NCBI GenBank assembly: GCA_001662655.1
Contig: KV460244.1
Origin: Pseudogymnoascus verrucosus
Lineage: Eukaryota
Direction: 5' to 3' (one strand)
Length of the DNA stretch: 64,000 nt
This document shows, one piece after another, positions 49,663-62,485 of the stretch. A program made the translations under genes and the position numbers. A model generated the notes under the pieces. That model saw only the letters and a list, made by a program, of their open reading frames with translations. It did no database searches and was not told the DNA's origin. Numbering within the stretch: position 1 is the stretch's first letter; each line of letters starts with the position of its first letter.

Positions 49663-50059
49663 TAGTCAGTGCCACCCCCGCATAATGATGTTCATACTCT
49701 ATTTCACTCTATTTCGCACATGTGGAAGTGGTGGAAGTGCATGTTCCCCCTCATCCCCTCCCCCTGGTTTCCCCAATTTCCAAGCTTTCTCCATCTTCCT
49801 CTCATACTTTCTCATACTCTAGCATAGAATAGACTCCTCCAACTCGGCCCGCTGACGAAGCGCGCTGTTAGAACCCTCAAATTGACCCGCAGTTGTAGTT
49901 TGTTTGTCGTGTTTCACGATTCGCGTTCAGGTGGTGAACGGCGCTTAGGGTCATCATCCAAGGAGACTTCGTCCGTGTTACGTCGACTACAAATACAACT
50001 GTTGCTGTCACAATCATGGCTCTCACCAGCAACTGCGCAGATTTCATACCTCGATAATC

Positions 50060-51651
50060 ATGTTTTTCAACCGCCCTGCTCTTGTAGCCCGATCCCTCGC
50101 CGTCGCTGCGGCGTTCTTCAACAGCGCGGATGCAAAGACAGCTGCAGAATGGCGCGAGGCGTCGATCTACCAGGTCCTAACAGATCGATTCGCGACTACA
50201 GATGGCACATCGCCACACTGTGATATCAGCAACTACTGCGGCGGCACGTGGAAGGGGATAGAGAATAAGCTCGATTACATCCAGGGCATGGGCTTTGATG
50301 CTGTTTGGATTTCTCCTGTGTAAGAACCCCTGGGGACTCCGACCCTGACGAACCATTTACTAACACGGCGTAGTATTCATAATATTGAGGACAGTACCCA
50401 GTGGGGCCAAGCGTACCATGGGTGTGAGTGGTCTTTCTCTTATAGCCATTCTATGAATCTTTTCTGACTAGCATACCAGACTGGGGCAACGACCCATCCT
50501 CTCTCAACCCCCACTTCGGGACTCCAGCCGATCTGAAGAGCCTTTCCGACGCTCTGCACGGCCGCGGCATGTCCCTCATGATAGACGTCGTCATCAACCA
50601 TTTGGCTGCGAACCAGGCTTCTGGCTCGGTGGACTATTCCGTCTTCCCAGCGCCATTCAACACCGCGTCCGCCTTCCACAACCCATGCAGCATCGACTAC
50701 AATAATCAAGGCTCAATTGAAAATTGTTGGCTCGTAACTGACACTCCCTCGCTCCCTGACGTCAATTCTGAGAACGGAGATGTCTACACAGCCATGGTGA
50801 ACAGCGTCGCAGACATTGTCAAAACCTACGGCATTGACGGCATCCGTCTCGACACCGCCAAACACGTCCCGAAACCTTACCTTACTCAATTCCAGGAGGC
50901 AGTCGGCGTCTACGTGACAGGGGAGGTGCTCGATGGGAACCCCGATTTCGTGGCGGGGTACGAAGGCCCTATATCTAGCGTACTCAACTACCCGCTGTGG
51001 TACGCCCTCATCGACTCGTTCATGGGTGCAGACTTCAGCCGCCTAGCTAGCATGATGGGCACAGTGGTCTCTACCTTCAAAGACGTCAACGCTATGGCAA
51101 ATTTCCTCGATAACCATGACCAGCCGCGTTTTGCCAGCCGTCAGGGCAACGACGTGGTGAGAGATAGAAATGCGGCCACGTACTTGATGTTTGCATCTGG
51201 TATCCCGGTGGTGTACTATGGATTTGAGCACCGCTTTGGTGGTGCAGCCGACCCGAATAATCGCGAGGCTCTGTGGGGGAGTGGATATAACACCGATGCG
51301 GCGTTGTATAAGCATATCGCGCAGCTACATCAGATTAGAGACATTGCTTCGAATCTTGCGGGCAAGGCGGAGTATTTCGCATGGGGCGCTGAGGTTCTTG
51401 GGACGTCGAGTCAGTATCTGGCAATGAAGAGGGGCCCGATCGTGGTTGTTGTGTCGAATGTTGGGGCAGCGGGTACAATCAACGGATTCAGCGTCCCATC
51501 GTCTCAGTTCGATTCTGGGGATACAATTGTCGACCTCTTTACCTGCACAACGGTAACCGCAGGTACCGGAGGTGCATTCCAGAGCGCGGCAAACAATGGC
51601 GAATCCAGAGTATGGATACGCACCCAGGACAAGGGCAGCTTTTGCCCTTAA
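50060..51651 (+). CDS. Secreted GH13 alpha-amylase, Taka-amylase-like (3 exons)
   Basis: Signal peptide, [29 protein letters not shown], and catalytic [13 protein letters not shown] and FLDNHD. Confidence 0.95.
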
Positions 51652-51920
51652 GGGAACAGACTTCTTGGCAAAGGGTAGAGGAAATCGGAGCCCCCTCCGT
51701 TACTGGCATACGACTTTTACGCACAATAACTTTAACTACGTGTATATATGTATTATCTTCACAATATCCCCGGGTCACATAGCTGAATAGTATATAATAT
51801 GCTCAGGTAGCATGAAATATCATCAATCGCTAAAGAACAGTCTTGCTATATATAAGTGCGCGCATGGAGGATACAGAAAATAAATAGATTGACGCTATAT
51901 AGATTGACGCTATGGAGATA

Positions 51921-53687
51921 TTACAACAGGTAACGGAAACTCGTGATCGTACGGTCGGTCTGGTTAGATAACTCATCCGCGAGTTCCTGATCGGAATCAA
52001 TTGTGGTTTCAGAACCGTAGAGCTTATCTCTCCGCTTGTTCTCGAAGTGGTAGTAGAGATACAACAAAATAAGGAAGAAAATGCTGAACGAATATCCCGC
52101 GAGCGCAGACGCGAGTCCCGTCTACTATTGTTAGCAATCGAAAGGACCGAGGGAGGGGGATGACGAACCTTGTACACTGGTGCTTCGCTGGCGAGAAAGA
52201 ACTGCGGGCCGACGATGTTTCCAACGCAGTAGCCTACAAACAGCATAGAGCTCACTATACTCCTCTTCGTGAACCCGGCCACGTTGGATGTGACCAGACT
52301 GAGGGAGATGGGAATATTCATCGCAAAAACGACTGTGAACACAAGGCCTGTCATGCGCCCGGCTTGGCTATCGAGGCAATACACGAGCACCATCCCGACC
52401 ATAGAAACTGCCGTGTTAAAGATCATTAGCAACACGCGCGCGTTGCGAAGATATGATGCGAGAAACGAAGTGATCACTAGGAAGACGATTTCAACGCCTC
52501 CCATAGGTAGGCCTAGAAGGATCGACTTGAGGGAGCTGAAGCCCATTCCTTTGATAATGAGGGGTTGGAACTGGATCGATTGTATTAGTTCTATGTTCTG
52601 TGCTGCGTTGCATTGAGGGGTAGTCTTACAGTTGTCAAAGCACCGTTGGGGAGGTTGACACAGAATGTGTACAGTACCAGCAACCAAGTTTGGGGGTCGC
52701 GGAGGGCTTCCCAAAGCTGTGGCCACCGGAATTTACCATTATCCATGATACCAGTCTTGTTTTTCAGCGTTCGGGCCAATGCAATGAGGCGCTCCTCGGG
52801 CTTCAAGAACCAGGCGGTCGAGACTGAGTCTGGCAGGACGAAGAACATGAATACACCGTATGCGACAGTAACCGCCCCTTCAATCAGGAATAGCAGCTTC
52901 CAGTGTGGGATAGCTGGATTCGGGATGTTGAGAACGCCATATGAGACCAGTCCACCCAGGATCAGTGCAACACAGTTGCCAATGAACCAGCCAGCCTGGC
53001 GAACAGGCTGCTCCTTGCGCAAGTAAAACATGCCGGTAATCAGGGAGAAGCCTGGAGCGACAGCTGCTTCTGCAACGCCGAGGAAAAAGCGCTGTATCAT
53101 CAGGCCAGTGAACGATTTGCAGCCCGCTGTGGTCATCAATATGCCACCCCATAAGACAACCGCCATGGATAGATATCTCCCGATCGGCAAGCGAACAACG
53201 AAGTAGGCGCTAGGGAAGCTCCACGCCATGTATCCGAAATAGAAAATTCCAGAGCACCATGCAAGATCGGAACCTTTTAGGTGCTGCTCGCCGGGGTTGG
53301 TATGTTAGCCTGGTTCATCGAAGCTTGTTATCTCGAGTTTTCGGAGGAACTCACAATTCCTGTTTTCGGGTCAAGGATACCAAGCAATGTCGAGGCAGCC
53401 AGGGCTCCTTTGTCGAGGAATTGGAGCATATAACAAAATCCCATGATAGGTAATAAGCTGCGCTCAGTTAATGGGGGTCGGTGCGGAAGGGGGTGATCAA
53501 GGAGCACGCACAACAAATCAATCTTCCGCAGTACTTTGCGACTCTGCTCGTCTGTCATCTCGACATTGGTGACATCTTCAATCTCGGTCTGGAACGGCCC
53601 AGCACTCTTGGACACCGAGCCTCTCCTTGAGGCAGAAATCGGTTGCCCATTGGGGCCCACATGTGCGTCGGTATTCTTCTCTGCCAT
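51921..53687 (-). CDS. MFS anion:cation symporter, allantoate permease (DAL5)-like (multi-exon)
   Basis: VLRKID..LLP, LQFLDK, RFFLGVAEAAVAP, EALRDPQTW, SNVAGFTKR, GNIVGPQFF; ends FRYLL. Confidence 0.9.
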
Positions 53688-54526
53688 AATGTCAAATTGT
53701 TGTAGGATGTTTTCTGTGGCAGAGTATCACAGAAGCTGAAGACTGTGACGTTGGGATATCCGGTTGTCGGAATCCCTTTATAATCGCCCAGCTCTGGCTT
53801 CCAAGACTCCCCTTATCTTGTACGACTATTTCATGGCGCACGCTTTCCCCACACGGGGCCTTATTTCCCCAGATTCTAGGTGGAGTACCAAGTAACTGAT
53901 TGGTTTTGGATCCATAACGGCGGACGAATTCCGAGATATGGAAATATGGGGAAGATAATAAAAACAACTCTGGCTGACATTACCTGGATATGAGGGGGTT
54001 GAGGTGATTGATAGCCAACTAAACGACGGCCCAAAACTTTTAGCGTTAGCCGCGTCCACTTCCCGTTTTAGAGCGTGTATTGGGAGGCGATGTCGGAAAA
54101 TAAACCAGCCAATTAGCGCCAGGGCTAACCTCGTCGGCAATATAGGAACCAATCATCTTTGTATCGCTCTAAAAGCTTGAAAATCTCGGCCCGCCATGTC
54201 GGCAGATTGGCCTCAATCCACAAACAAAATAACTTCAAATGTGGCGATTAGCAGTGATAATGTATGGAGAGCTTATCTCGACAATATCCCTCCACTATCT
54301 CGTCGGCAAAACAGTGCGGAACCCACTTTCTGCTTGGTGATATGGAGTCAATGGCCACCCCCGCCCTCGGGAGTGGTGCCGGCAATTTCAATGAAATGCG
54401 TATAAGAAGAGAGGCTGAATGCTCACAACTTTTATACTTTACCATAATCATATTCGTGACATCAATATACACAGATTGTTAAACTATCCAAGAATTTCCC
54501 GTCAGATTTCTAATAATAAAACAATC

Positions 54527-56032
54527 ATGGGTGGCGATTCTAGTGCTTTGGCGGGCGATATCAAAGTTGAAGTCGACGCAGCAATCGATAGTTTGAACCA
54601 GAGACTGCGGGAAGTTAACAGAAAGGTATGACGTTTGAGGCTGTATCTCCTATCTCTTAGCTTATCTCCATTCTAACCTCTTCTAGATTTGGGAGAACCC
54701 TGAGCTTGGTGAGCAAGAGTTCATGGCCCACGACACCTTGTGTTCCTTCTTAGAAGAACAAGGCTATGCAGTTACGCGCTCGGCCTATGGCAGACCCACC
54801 GCGTTTGAGGTCCTCTCCGGGTCGGGAGGTCGTCTCGTCAACTTCAATGCCGAGTATGACTGCCTCCCAGGAATTGGTCATGCATGCGGCCACAATCTTA
54901 TCGCCACTAGCTCTGTGGCAGCTTTCTTAGGCCTATCCATGTCGCTGAAGAAGCTGGGTGTTCCGGGTAGAGTACAGCTGCTTGGAACCCCTGACGAGGA
55001 GGGCTCAGGTGCGAAGATTAAACTGCTGGAGGCAGGAGCTTACAAAGGTGTTGATGCCTCGATGATGGCGTATGTACTTCCTGCCTCTCACTTGAAACTT
55101 TCTTTCCTTTTGGATTAGCTTGATACTGACTTATTGCCGTGCAGTCATCCCATCTCAGGAGAAATGAGTGGCAGTGGAGACGCAGTTAATGATGGCGTGG
55201 CTGGCGTCCGCATGATTGCCCGCCAATTCCTCAGTGCTGAATACCGTGGGAAGAATGCCCACGCTGGCGGCAACCCGTGGAAGGGAGTTAACGCCCTTGA
55301 CTCTGCAGTTGCCGCATATAATAATATCTCGCTCCTCCGCCAGCAGACGGCGCCAGATGATCGTATCCACAATGTCCTACTCGAGTCTGAGAAGACGGTG
55401 AATGTCATCCCAGCTTATGCCAAAGCAGCGTACCAGGCGCGAAGCCCGCGTTTGGCGAGTCTAAAGGTGTTAACGGCAAGGGTGGTTAATTGCATCAATG
55501 CTGCTGCATTAGCAACCGGCACTGATGTCAAGATTACATAGTATGATGCCCTACATCCAGACATTGCGCATTCTGTGATCGGAGCTAACATTTGGCATTA
55601 TAGCGGGGCTTTGTACGCCGATGTCGTCTTGAACGAAACCATTTGTGGTCTGTACACCGACCACACTGCAAGATATGGGCAACAGGTCACGAAGATCTCG
55701 CCAATCATCGTGACAGGCTCGACAGATCAAGGTGTGTATTCCATAATGTGCGAGAGTTGAAGCCAAATATATAATATACTAATCACGGTCTCTCAATCAT
55801 AGGCAATGTTAGTCAAGCTATGCCCTCGCTCCATACTATGTTCTGCATTCCCTCGGAAGATGGTGTTGGCCCACACAACGCTGGTTTCGCCAAGGCTGCG
55901 GGGACTGATGTCGCTCATGATAAGGCGATCATAGTTGGGAAAACTATGGCGCTGGTTGGGTTTGATATCCTTACGAAAGATGATGTCTACAAAAACGTGA
56001 AAGCCGATTGGGAGAAGGCAATGGCTGCTTAA
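54527..56032 (+). CDS. M20 family amidohydrolase (PM20D2/ACY1L2-like, 5 exons)
   Basis: NPELG..E..AH, EYDCLPGIGHACGHNLIA, LGTPDEEG, AHAGGNPW.GVNALD, GSTDQGNVS and GPH...F. Confidence 0.9.
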
Positions 56033-56244
56033 TGCCTGCCGCCACGTTGTCCAGCTACCATATTCGGTATTTATATTCCTCATAAGCTGTTATTATTTTA
56101 GCCTTTTGTACAGAATACGGATGTCCTGCGCCGCGACTAGTATAGACTCAAATTTGAATAAATAGGTACAACAGGTAAAACTGCTACCTAATCGCACTAC
56201 GCACGTCCCAGTTCCCAACAATATAGGTCACGTTTATAGTGTTA

Positions 56245-58149
56245 ATGGCTAGTCTAAAGCTTGCCGCGTTAGAACTCATTTCTTTAGCGCGTCTCGAGCC
56301 AACGGAGCATCTTCTTTTGAAACAATTTGTAGAGGGCGCTGTCGATCCAGAGCGAGCTGCACAGTACCTCCTTTCAAACATAAACAAGAGCTCCCACCAA
56401 GAAGTGGAAACCAGCCTGCGGTGCTTCAAGAAGGACTGGAGGGACTTGGTGATGACATGTGAGCCCAATGCGATCGCTTGCTTTCTGGACTAACGTCGTG
56501 TAGTAAGGGCCCTTGACCCAATCCCCGTGTGCCTTGACGAGTTGGTTCGCCGTAGAGATGGGCCTTACTGCTCCACTAGCAGCATAGATCCGCCTAAGAA
56601 AGGCATCGTGTCAATGTCAGAAACCGCGTATATTATTCCTCCGTCTATGTTTCAAAGCGTCGATTTAGCTAAAGATGTAAGATGCCCGACACCTAACTAC
56701 TACCTCTCTGTATCTCACCTGTTTAATTAGGGACGCATGCGTACAATACTAGATGCCTTCTTATCGCCCTTACACATAGCAAGATTACGAACTCTTCTCC
56801 AAAGTCACGGCGCTGACGATAGAACCATCCTTCAGAATCTATGGCTGCTCTCACCAACTATTCACAGAGCGTTTCGAGGCGGGCACGTTAACGTTGAGGC
56901 ACGTGGGCTAACATCGAAGAACCCTGAGACTGAGTTGCAAGAAATAGATAGCGAGCCCGAAGTGAGTCTTGATATGTTAGTATTTGAAAGGACACTGCTA
57001 AATACATCATTTGCAGTTTGTAATGCGCACATTATACCCTGAAGAGCCCTCTAATCTCGTTCTTGGGAATGGGACATACTTTCAGAGCTCGAGGCAGAAC
57101 TTCAAATGTTTAGCCGTCGAATCGGAAGGTCTCAACCCACCAAGTAGATTCCTTTTTGCTATTCACAATAGGTTCTCTGCTGCTCTACACCTGTTTTATA
57201 TAGGGGACAAAGTTGCCCGAGGCTGGCCCCAACATCGATCAGGTTAGAATCCCATAACCCTAACATGGTAGTCCAAACTAACCACTTCAAGTTGGTGTTG
57301 GCCTTCGAGGCAAAGGCGTACATCGGTTCAACGAACTCGCCCGAAGAATGTTCTATCGTGGATGGCTCTATGTACCGCAGTGGGCGCGCATGCGGTGCTA
57401 TTATGTCCTTGTAGGGGCTGGGCGCTGGCTCTATGGAGTTAGCTCCTGTCCAGCGAGTGCCTTTTGGGTTGGTTATTAAAGACTGTCTACGATCGTATGA
57501 GAACGAAGTCAATGCCCTTCGGCTCGTCGGGCACCATACATCTGTTCCGGCACCGCGGATAGTTGACACTGGAGTGTACGGTAACAAGAAATATCTAGTT
57601 ATGTCACGTCTACCTGGTCAGATGCTCGGTGATGTGCTCCATCTCATGTCATACGCGGAACGAGATCGCTTTGCCGACAAACTAGGGGAGTGTGTCGCAC
57701 AGATTCGACAAATTCCCAATTTTACGCCACACCATCTCTGCGATACTCTTGGTGGTCCGTTAAGTGATCATCGGATACCCGACACATGTGGTGGACCATA
57801 CAACACTGAGGAGGACTTTAATGATCATCTCACAAGTCATTTGAACTGCACTTCAGCTGCTTTCTTTAACGGGCAAACCCCTCCCCAAAACCACACTATA
57901 TATTTTACGCACTCCGACTTCCACTGGACTAACCTATTAGTTGATCGGGGGCAACTTAGTGGTATTGTTGATTGGGAAATCGCTGGGCACAAGCCGGAGT
58001 ACTGGGAGTACACTAAGGCTGTGTGGACAAGTTTGGGGGACCCCATCTTGCAAGCCTTGTTCCACCGCGCATTTAAGAAATTTGGTAATTACGAGGCTGA
58101 ACTTGCAGCGGAGAGGAAGTTGTGGAGATATACCCCCTTTGGCGTTTAA
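56245..58149 (+). pseudogene. HNH-like domain plus aminoglycoside-phosphotransferase-like kinase gene with an apparent frameshift near 57435-57447
   Basis: Four introns (56459-56503, 56677-56730, 56962-57016, 57243-57291) join the upstream ORFs in frame, but that frame stops at TAA 57479. The kinase (NEVNAL, VPAPRI, FTHSDFHWTNLLV, GIVDWE, PEYWEY) is in the +1 frame from 57433. Confidence 0.65.
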
Positions 58150-58487
58150 ATTAGTGGCTGGCTTATTTATAGTTCTTTGCAATAACCGCTATTGGTGGTG
58201 GACAAAATATAACAATCTAGTGCTTCCGTAGAAAGCGCCTCCACCTCGCATGCTCAACTCTTGAGGATATTCGGGCCGCACAAGCGCTGTCTTACGGCCC
58301 GTCATCCTTTGGTAACCACGGTGGACAAGGCAAACAACGATGGCGTGCAACCATCATTACCCAACATCCCGATGACAGGCTACTTGGAGCTAAATTGACA
58401 TGGGAGTGGACAGTGTACATACAAATTGCGCCCTTAAGAACTTTCCCCGCTATACTATCTATCGATCACTATATGGCAGTGGAGTCA

Positions 58488-58521
58488 GCCTAGTTATCGG
58501 TAGTGCCTAGTTATCGGTAGT
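58488..58521. repeat. Perfect 17-nt tandem duplication (gcctagttatcggtagt x2)
   Basis: Directly visible in the sequence. Confidence 0.9.
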
Positions 58522-59647
58522 GTCTCACGCGCGCTTGTAGATGAGAATAGAGCTTCATACTCTTCGATACTGAAAGCCTCTCCTCAGGCGATCGAACAAA
58601 CTCTAGATAGCTAGCTCTAGATTTTGGCCATATCCTAACTAGGCTATACTCCTATTGACGGAGGTCTATTCTCCGCGATTCTCCGTGAATTATTGTTGCC
58701 AGGACGCCAATTCTCATGGCATATGGCTCAGAATGGTTTAGTATTGTTTGACCACGTGGAAATTAGATTGTGTCTCCACTGTAATTGGTGGTTTCCGCAC
58801 TAACCCCGCACTTCCAAGCGCAGCCCCCACGGGCCTAGGCGCGTGGCGGCGGCTTTCACGATTGCATTGAGAGGGGGTGTCGGATATTCGAATGAACTGT
58901 CGTTCGGTCTCCTAAGCTCTTTCCCTTGTTAAGTTATGAAGTATGAGGTTGGTGTTTCATTCCCCATAAATAAGTATGTTGCTCTTTATTGTAATAGTTA
59001 TTTATGATTTATAAAAAATAATGTAGAAGAATTGAGTGGAAAATTAAGATATTTAAGTTTTTCTTTGGAACTAGAAAAATCTACAACAACTTAAATCGTT
59101 TTCTTTATCCCAATAAATATGAGGCTTAGCTTCCCATAGCCAAGAATGTGAGTATATACTGAATCAAGTAACTCAAGAGAAGTTGTACAATCCTTACATA
59201 GAAGGTCAGCCCCAATGTCCTGTCCCGCTCCTCACCAGACCCCAAGATGTACGACTTAATATTACTGCACGGCCAGCTACGCCATCGAGAACCATGTAAC
59301 TGCCAGTTGGAAGAACGGAAAGATATTCCGGTGTTGTGCTTGGCAGAGCAGGCGTAGGGCTTGGTGACAGGAACAAATAATATCGGGTGACGAACCTCGA
59401 TATGGCTGTGCTCGCGGGCCTCCGCCCTCCGTGCCCTTGGCCAGGATAACAGAGGCACGAATAGGATACAAGGACGAAATTATCGCGCTATATTAATAAC
59501 AGGCATGCTCATCCTCGATGTAGATAAGAAGGGAGACTCTTTCCTTCTTTGGAGACTGCAATCGTAACAATCTACAGTCAGACACTCAAGCTGCAACTTA
59601 CCTCTTGACTGTGATAGAGCTGTACTTGCCATTTTGGTACTCGCAAG

Positions 59648-61597
59648 ATGGCCAACCTTCCGGAGAAGAACCAAGATGGCAAACTTGCTCACGAAGAAGA
59701 GGATCCCACTTTGGAAAAGCACAATGTCGTCGAGACAAGAGTCGTCATGGGAGATGAAGCCTTCCAGCAGGCAATGCTGAAGGAGCCACCCATTCCTTGG
59801 AACGCTATAGCAATTCAGCTCTACCTTATCTCTCTTATTGGATTCTGCTGCTCAACTTCCAATGGGTACGACAGTTCGCTTTTTGGCAACTTGCTCAACA
59901 ACAAAGCCTTTAAGGATTTTTTTCACGTTAAGAACGTGGGTATCTGGGCTGGGATTGTGACATCTATGAATCAAATCGGCGGTATTGCCGCCCTACCTTT
60001 CGTTGGCCCGGCCATCGACACCTTTGGTAGAAGAATTGGCATGATTATTGGCGGTGTTACCAGTCAGTATTGCCCCCACCTCGTCGAGACAGCTTCCGAG
60101 AGGTGAAGATGGAATGTCACTAACTGTGTCCAAGTCACACTCGGTGTTATTCTCCAAGGAACCTGCGTTTCAAATCGTAGCATCGGCCAATTCATGGGCG
60201 GACGGTTTTTTATGGGCATGGGCATCACTCTCATTGCCTCAGCAGGGCCTTGTTACGTGATCGAAGTGTCTCATCCAGCTTATCGTGGTGTTGTGACCGG
60301 ACTCTACAATGTATTTTGGTGAGTATCTCTTGCAGTGTCGCCTCTGAACAGACACTGATTCAACAGGCCGGTTGGTGCGATCGTGGCAAGCGGTGCAAGC
60401 CGCGGGAGCCATGACATGCCCTCGCCCATCACATGGACCCTCCCTGTTTGGCTTCAAATGCTATTTCCTGGCATAGTCGTTGTAGGTGCCCTGTTCATCC
60501 CGGAATCACCTCGCTGGCTGTATACGAATGGTAAAATGGACCAAGCAAGGGCGTTCCTAGTAAAGTACCACGGAAATGGGAACCCCAACAGCGAGTGGGT
60601 TACGCTTCAAATGAACGAATATGAGCAATATTTGGAGCTAGAAGGTGCGGATAAGCGCTGGTGGGATTACCGTGCATTGTTCAAGGACAGAGCTTCCCGA
60701 TATCGCCTTATGACCAACTGTCTTACGGCTCTCTTTGGCCAATGGGCCGGCAACGGTACGTTTTAGCACATTTTCCACACAGAGAAATCGAATGGTGATA
60801 ATACTAACATGATCTACTAGGTGTTGTTTCATACTTTCTAAGTGCCGTCCTCGACACGGCTGGCATTAAAGACTCAGTCACACAGGGAAATCTCTTCGTT
60901 GCCATGAACGCCGTCCAGATCATAATATCAGGCATTGGAAGCTTGTTCGTTGACAAAATTGGACGTCGCCCTATGCTCTTCTGGGTCAACGTGGGCTGCT
61001 GTATTTGCTGGATCGGCGTTTCTGCCGCCGCCGGAATTCAAGATAAGACTGGATCGAAGGCATCCAGTGTCGCCACGGTCGCGATGATTTACATTTTCCA
61101 GGCCGTATATTCCTTTGGCTGGACCCCGCTGCAAGCTCTGTATCCTGTTGAAGTCCTGTCATTTGAGATGCGCGCAAAGGGAATGGCATTTTCGAGCTTA
61201 TTCGTCAATTTTGGTAAGCCCAGCATTGTTTCCTCTAGTGGCGATGGTTCGAGTGGCGGTGCTAATTGGACACAGGGACTCTTGTCAACCAATTCGGGTT
61301 TCCTGTGGCCTTGGAGAAAATTAAGTGGAAGACTTATCTTGTCTTCATGGTGTGGTGTGCAGTCCAGGCTGGCATTATATGGGTGCTTATGCCAGAGACA
61401 AAGAACCGAACCGTAAGTAAATGCCTTGGGATGCGTTTCGTAATAGCGAGGAGTACTGATAGAACATACAGCTCGAGGAACTTGATGATATCTTCCGCGC
61501 CAAGGACCCCCGCAAAGCATCAACGGAGAAGAAGAAGCTCGAGTTGGATGCGAATGCAAACATTCTTGCTGTTGGCCGTGATAACGAAGTGGATTAG
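59648..61597 (+). CDS. MFS sugar porter, lactose/cellodextrin permease-like (6 exons)
   Basis: NGYDSS, DTFGRR, EVSHPAYRG, PESPRWL, GQWAGNG, DKIGRR, YPVEVLSFEMRAKG and PETKNRTLEEL. Confidence 0.92.
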
Positions 61598-62485
61598 GCG
61601 TCGACTTGACATGCCTATGTCCGGTTCCTGCACTCATTTAATACAAGTTGTGGTATCTCTGCTTCGTTTTGAGGATTTGGATTGTCGTTGCTGTGAAGCT
61701 TGTAATGACAGTGAGGGTATTTGGCCGCAGGGAGGCATCTTGAAGATATCTCCAGTTCCCCGTCATCACTAGCTTTGCTACAGGCATCCAGTCTTTCCTT
61801 TAATACTATTATGCTATTATCTTAGATAAATAGCAACTCTTCCACCTCCATTTGGAGATTCAGAGAATGTTGTGAGTCCATGTGTCAATTGTGAAATCTC
61901 AATTGTGTTGTGCGAAGAGTATACGGATAACTTGAGTTGCCTCGCGCAAGTCAGCGTCTGACCGCCCGAATGGCCAGGGTTGATAGCAGGGATTAACACT
62001 TGACAAGAGATTCGCTTTGAGAGTTATTCGATGAACATGAGCGAGTAATGGGTCCCAAGACATAAACGAATACATATTGGTATGGAAGACTAGCTGAAAT
62101 GGCGGTATTTTTCATTTTAGTATATGAAAAACCAGATTGGTAAACCAGCTTTTGTATGTCTCATACGAAACATGTCTAGCTCTCAAACGGCTTCAATCGC
62201 GGAAGGGGTCAAGACACTGTGGCATTTATCGCATCATAGTTAAAGATCCTGTAATAAGTCACAAGGCATAAAGATGCGACTAGCTACACCATCGACGTAC
62301 TCTGCTTGGGACTAGTGGTGGTACTCAAACTTCTATCGGAGATTTATGTACTGTAACCCCTCAAGAGACTGCAACTGCTGATCCACAAAGACGAGAAAAA
62401 TGACCATTTGTATTACTTCATATTCGTTTGCGTGACATCATTATACTATATACTGCCCATGTTCTGTTTTAGCTATACTCACTGC

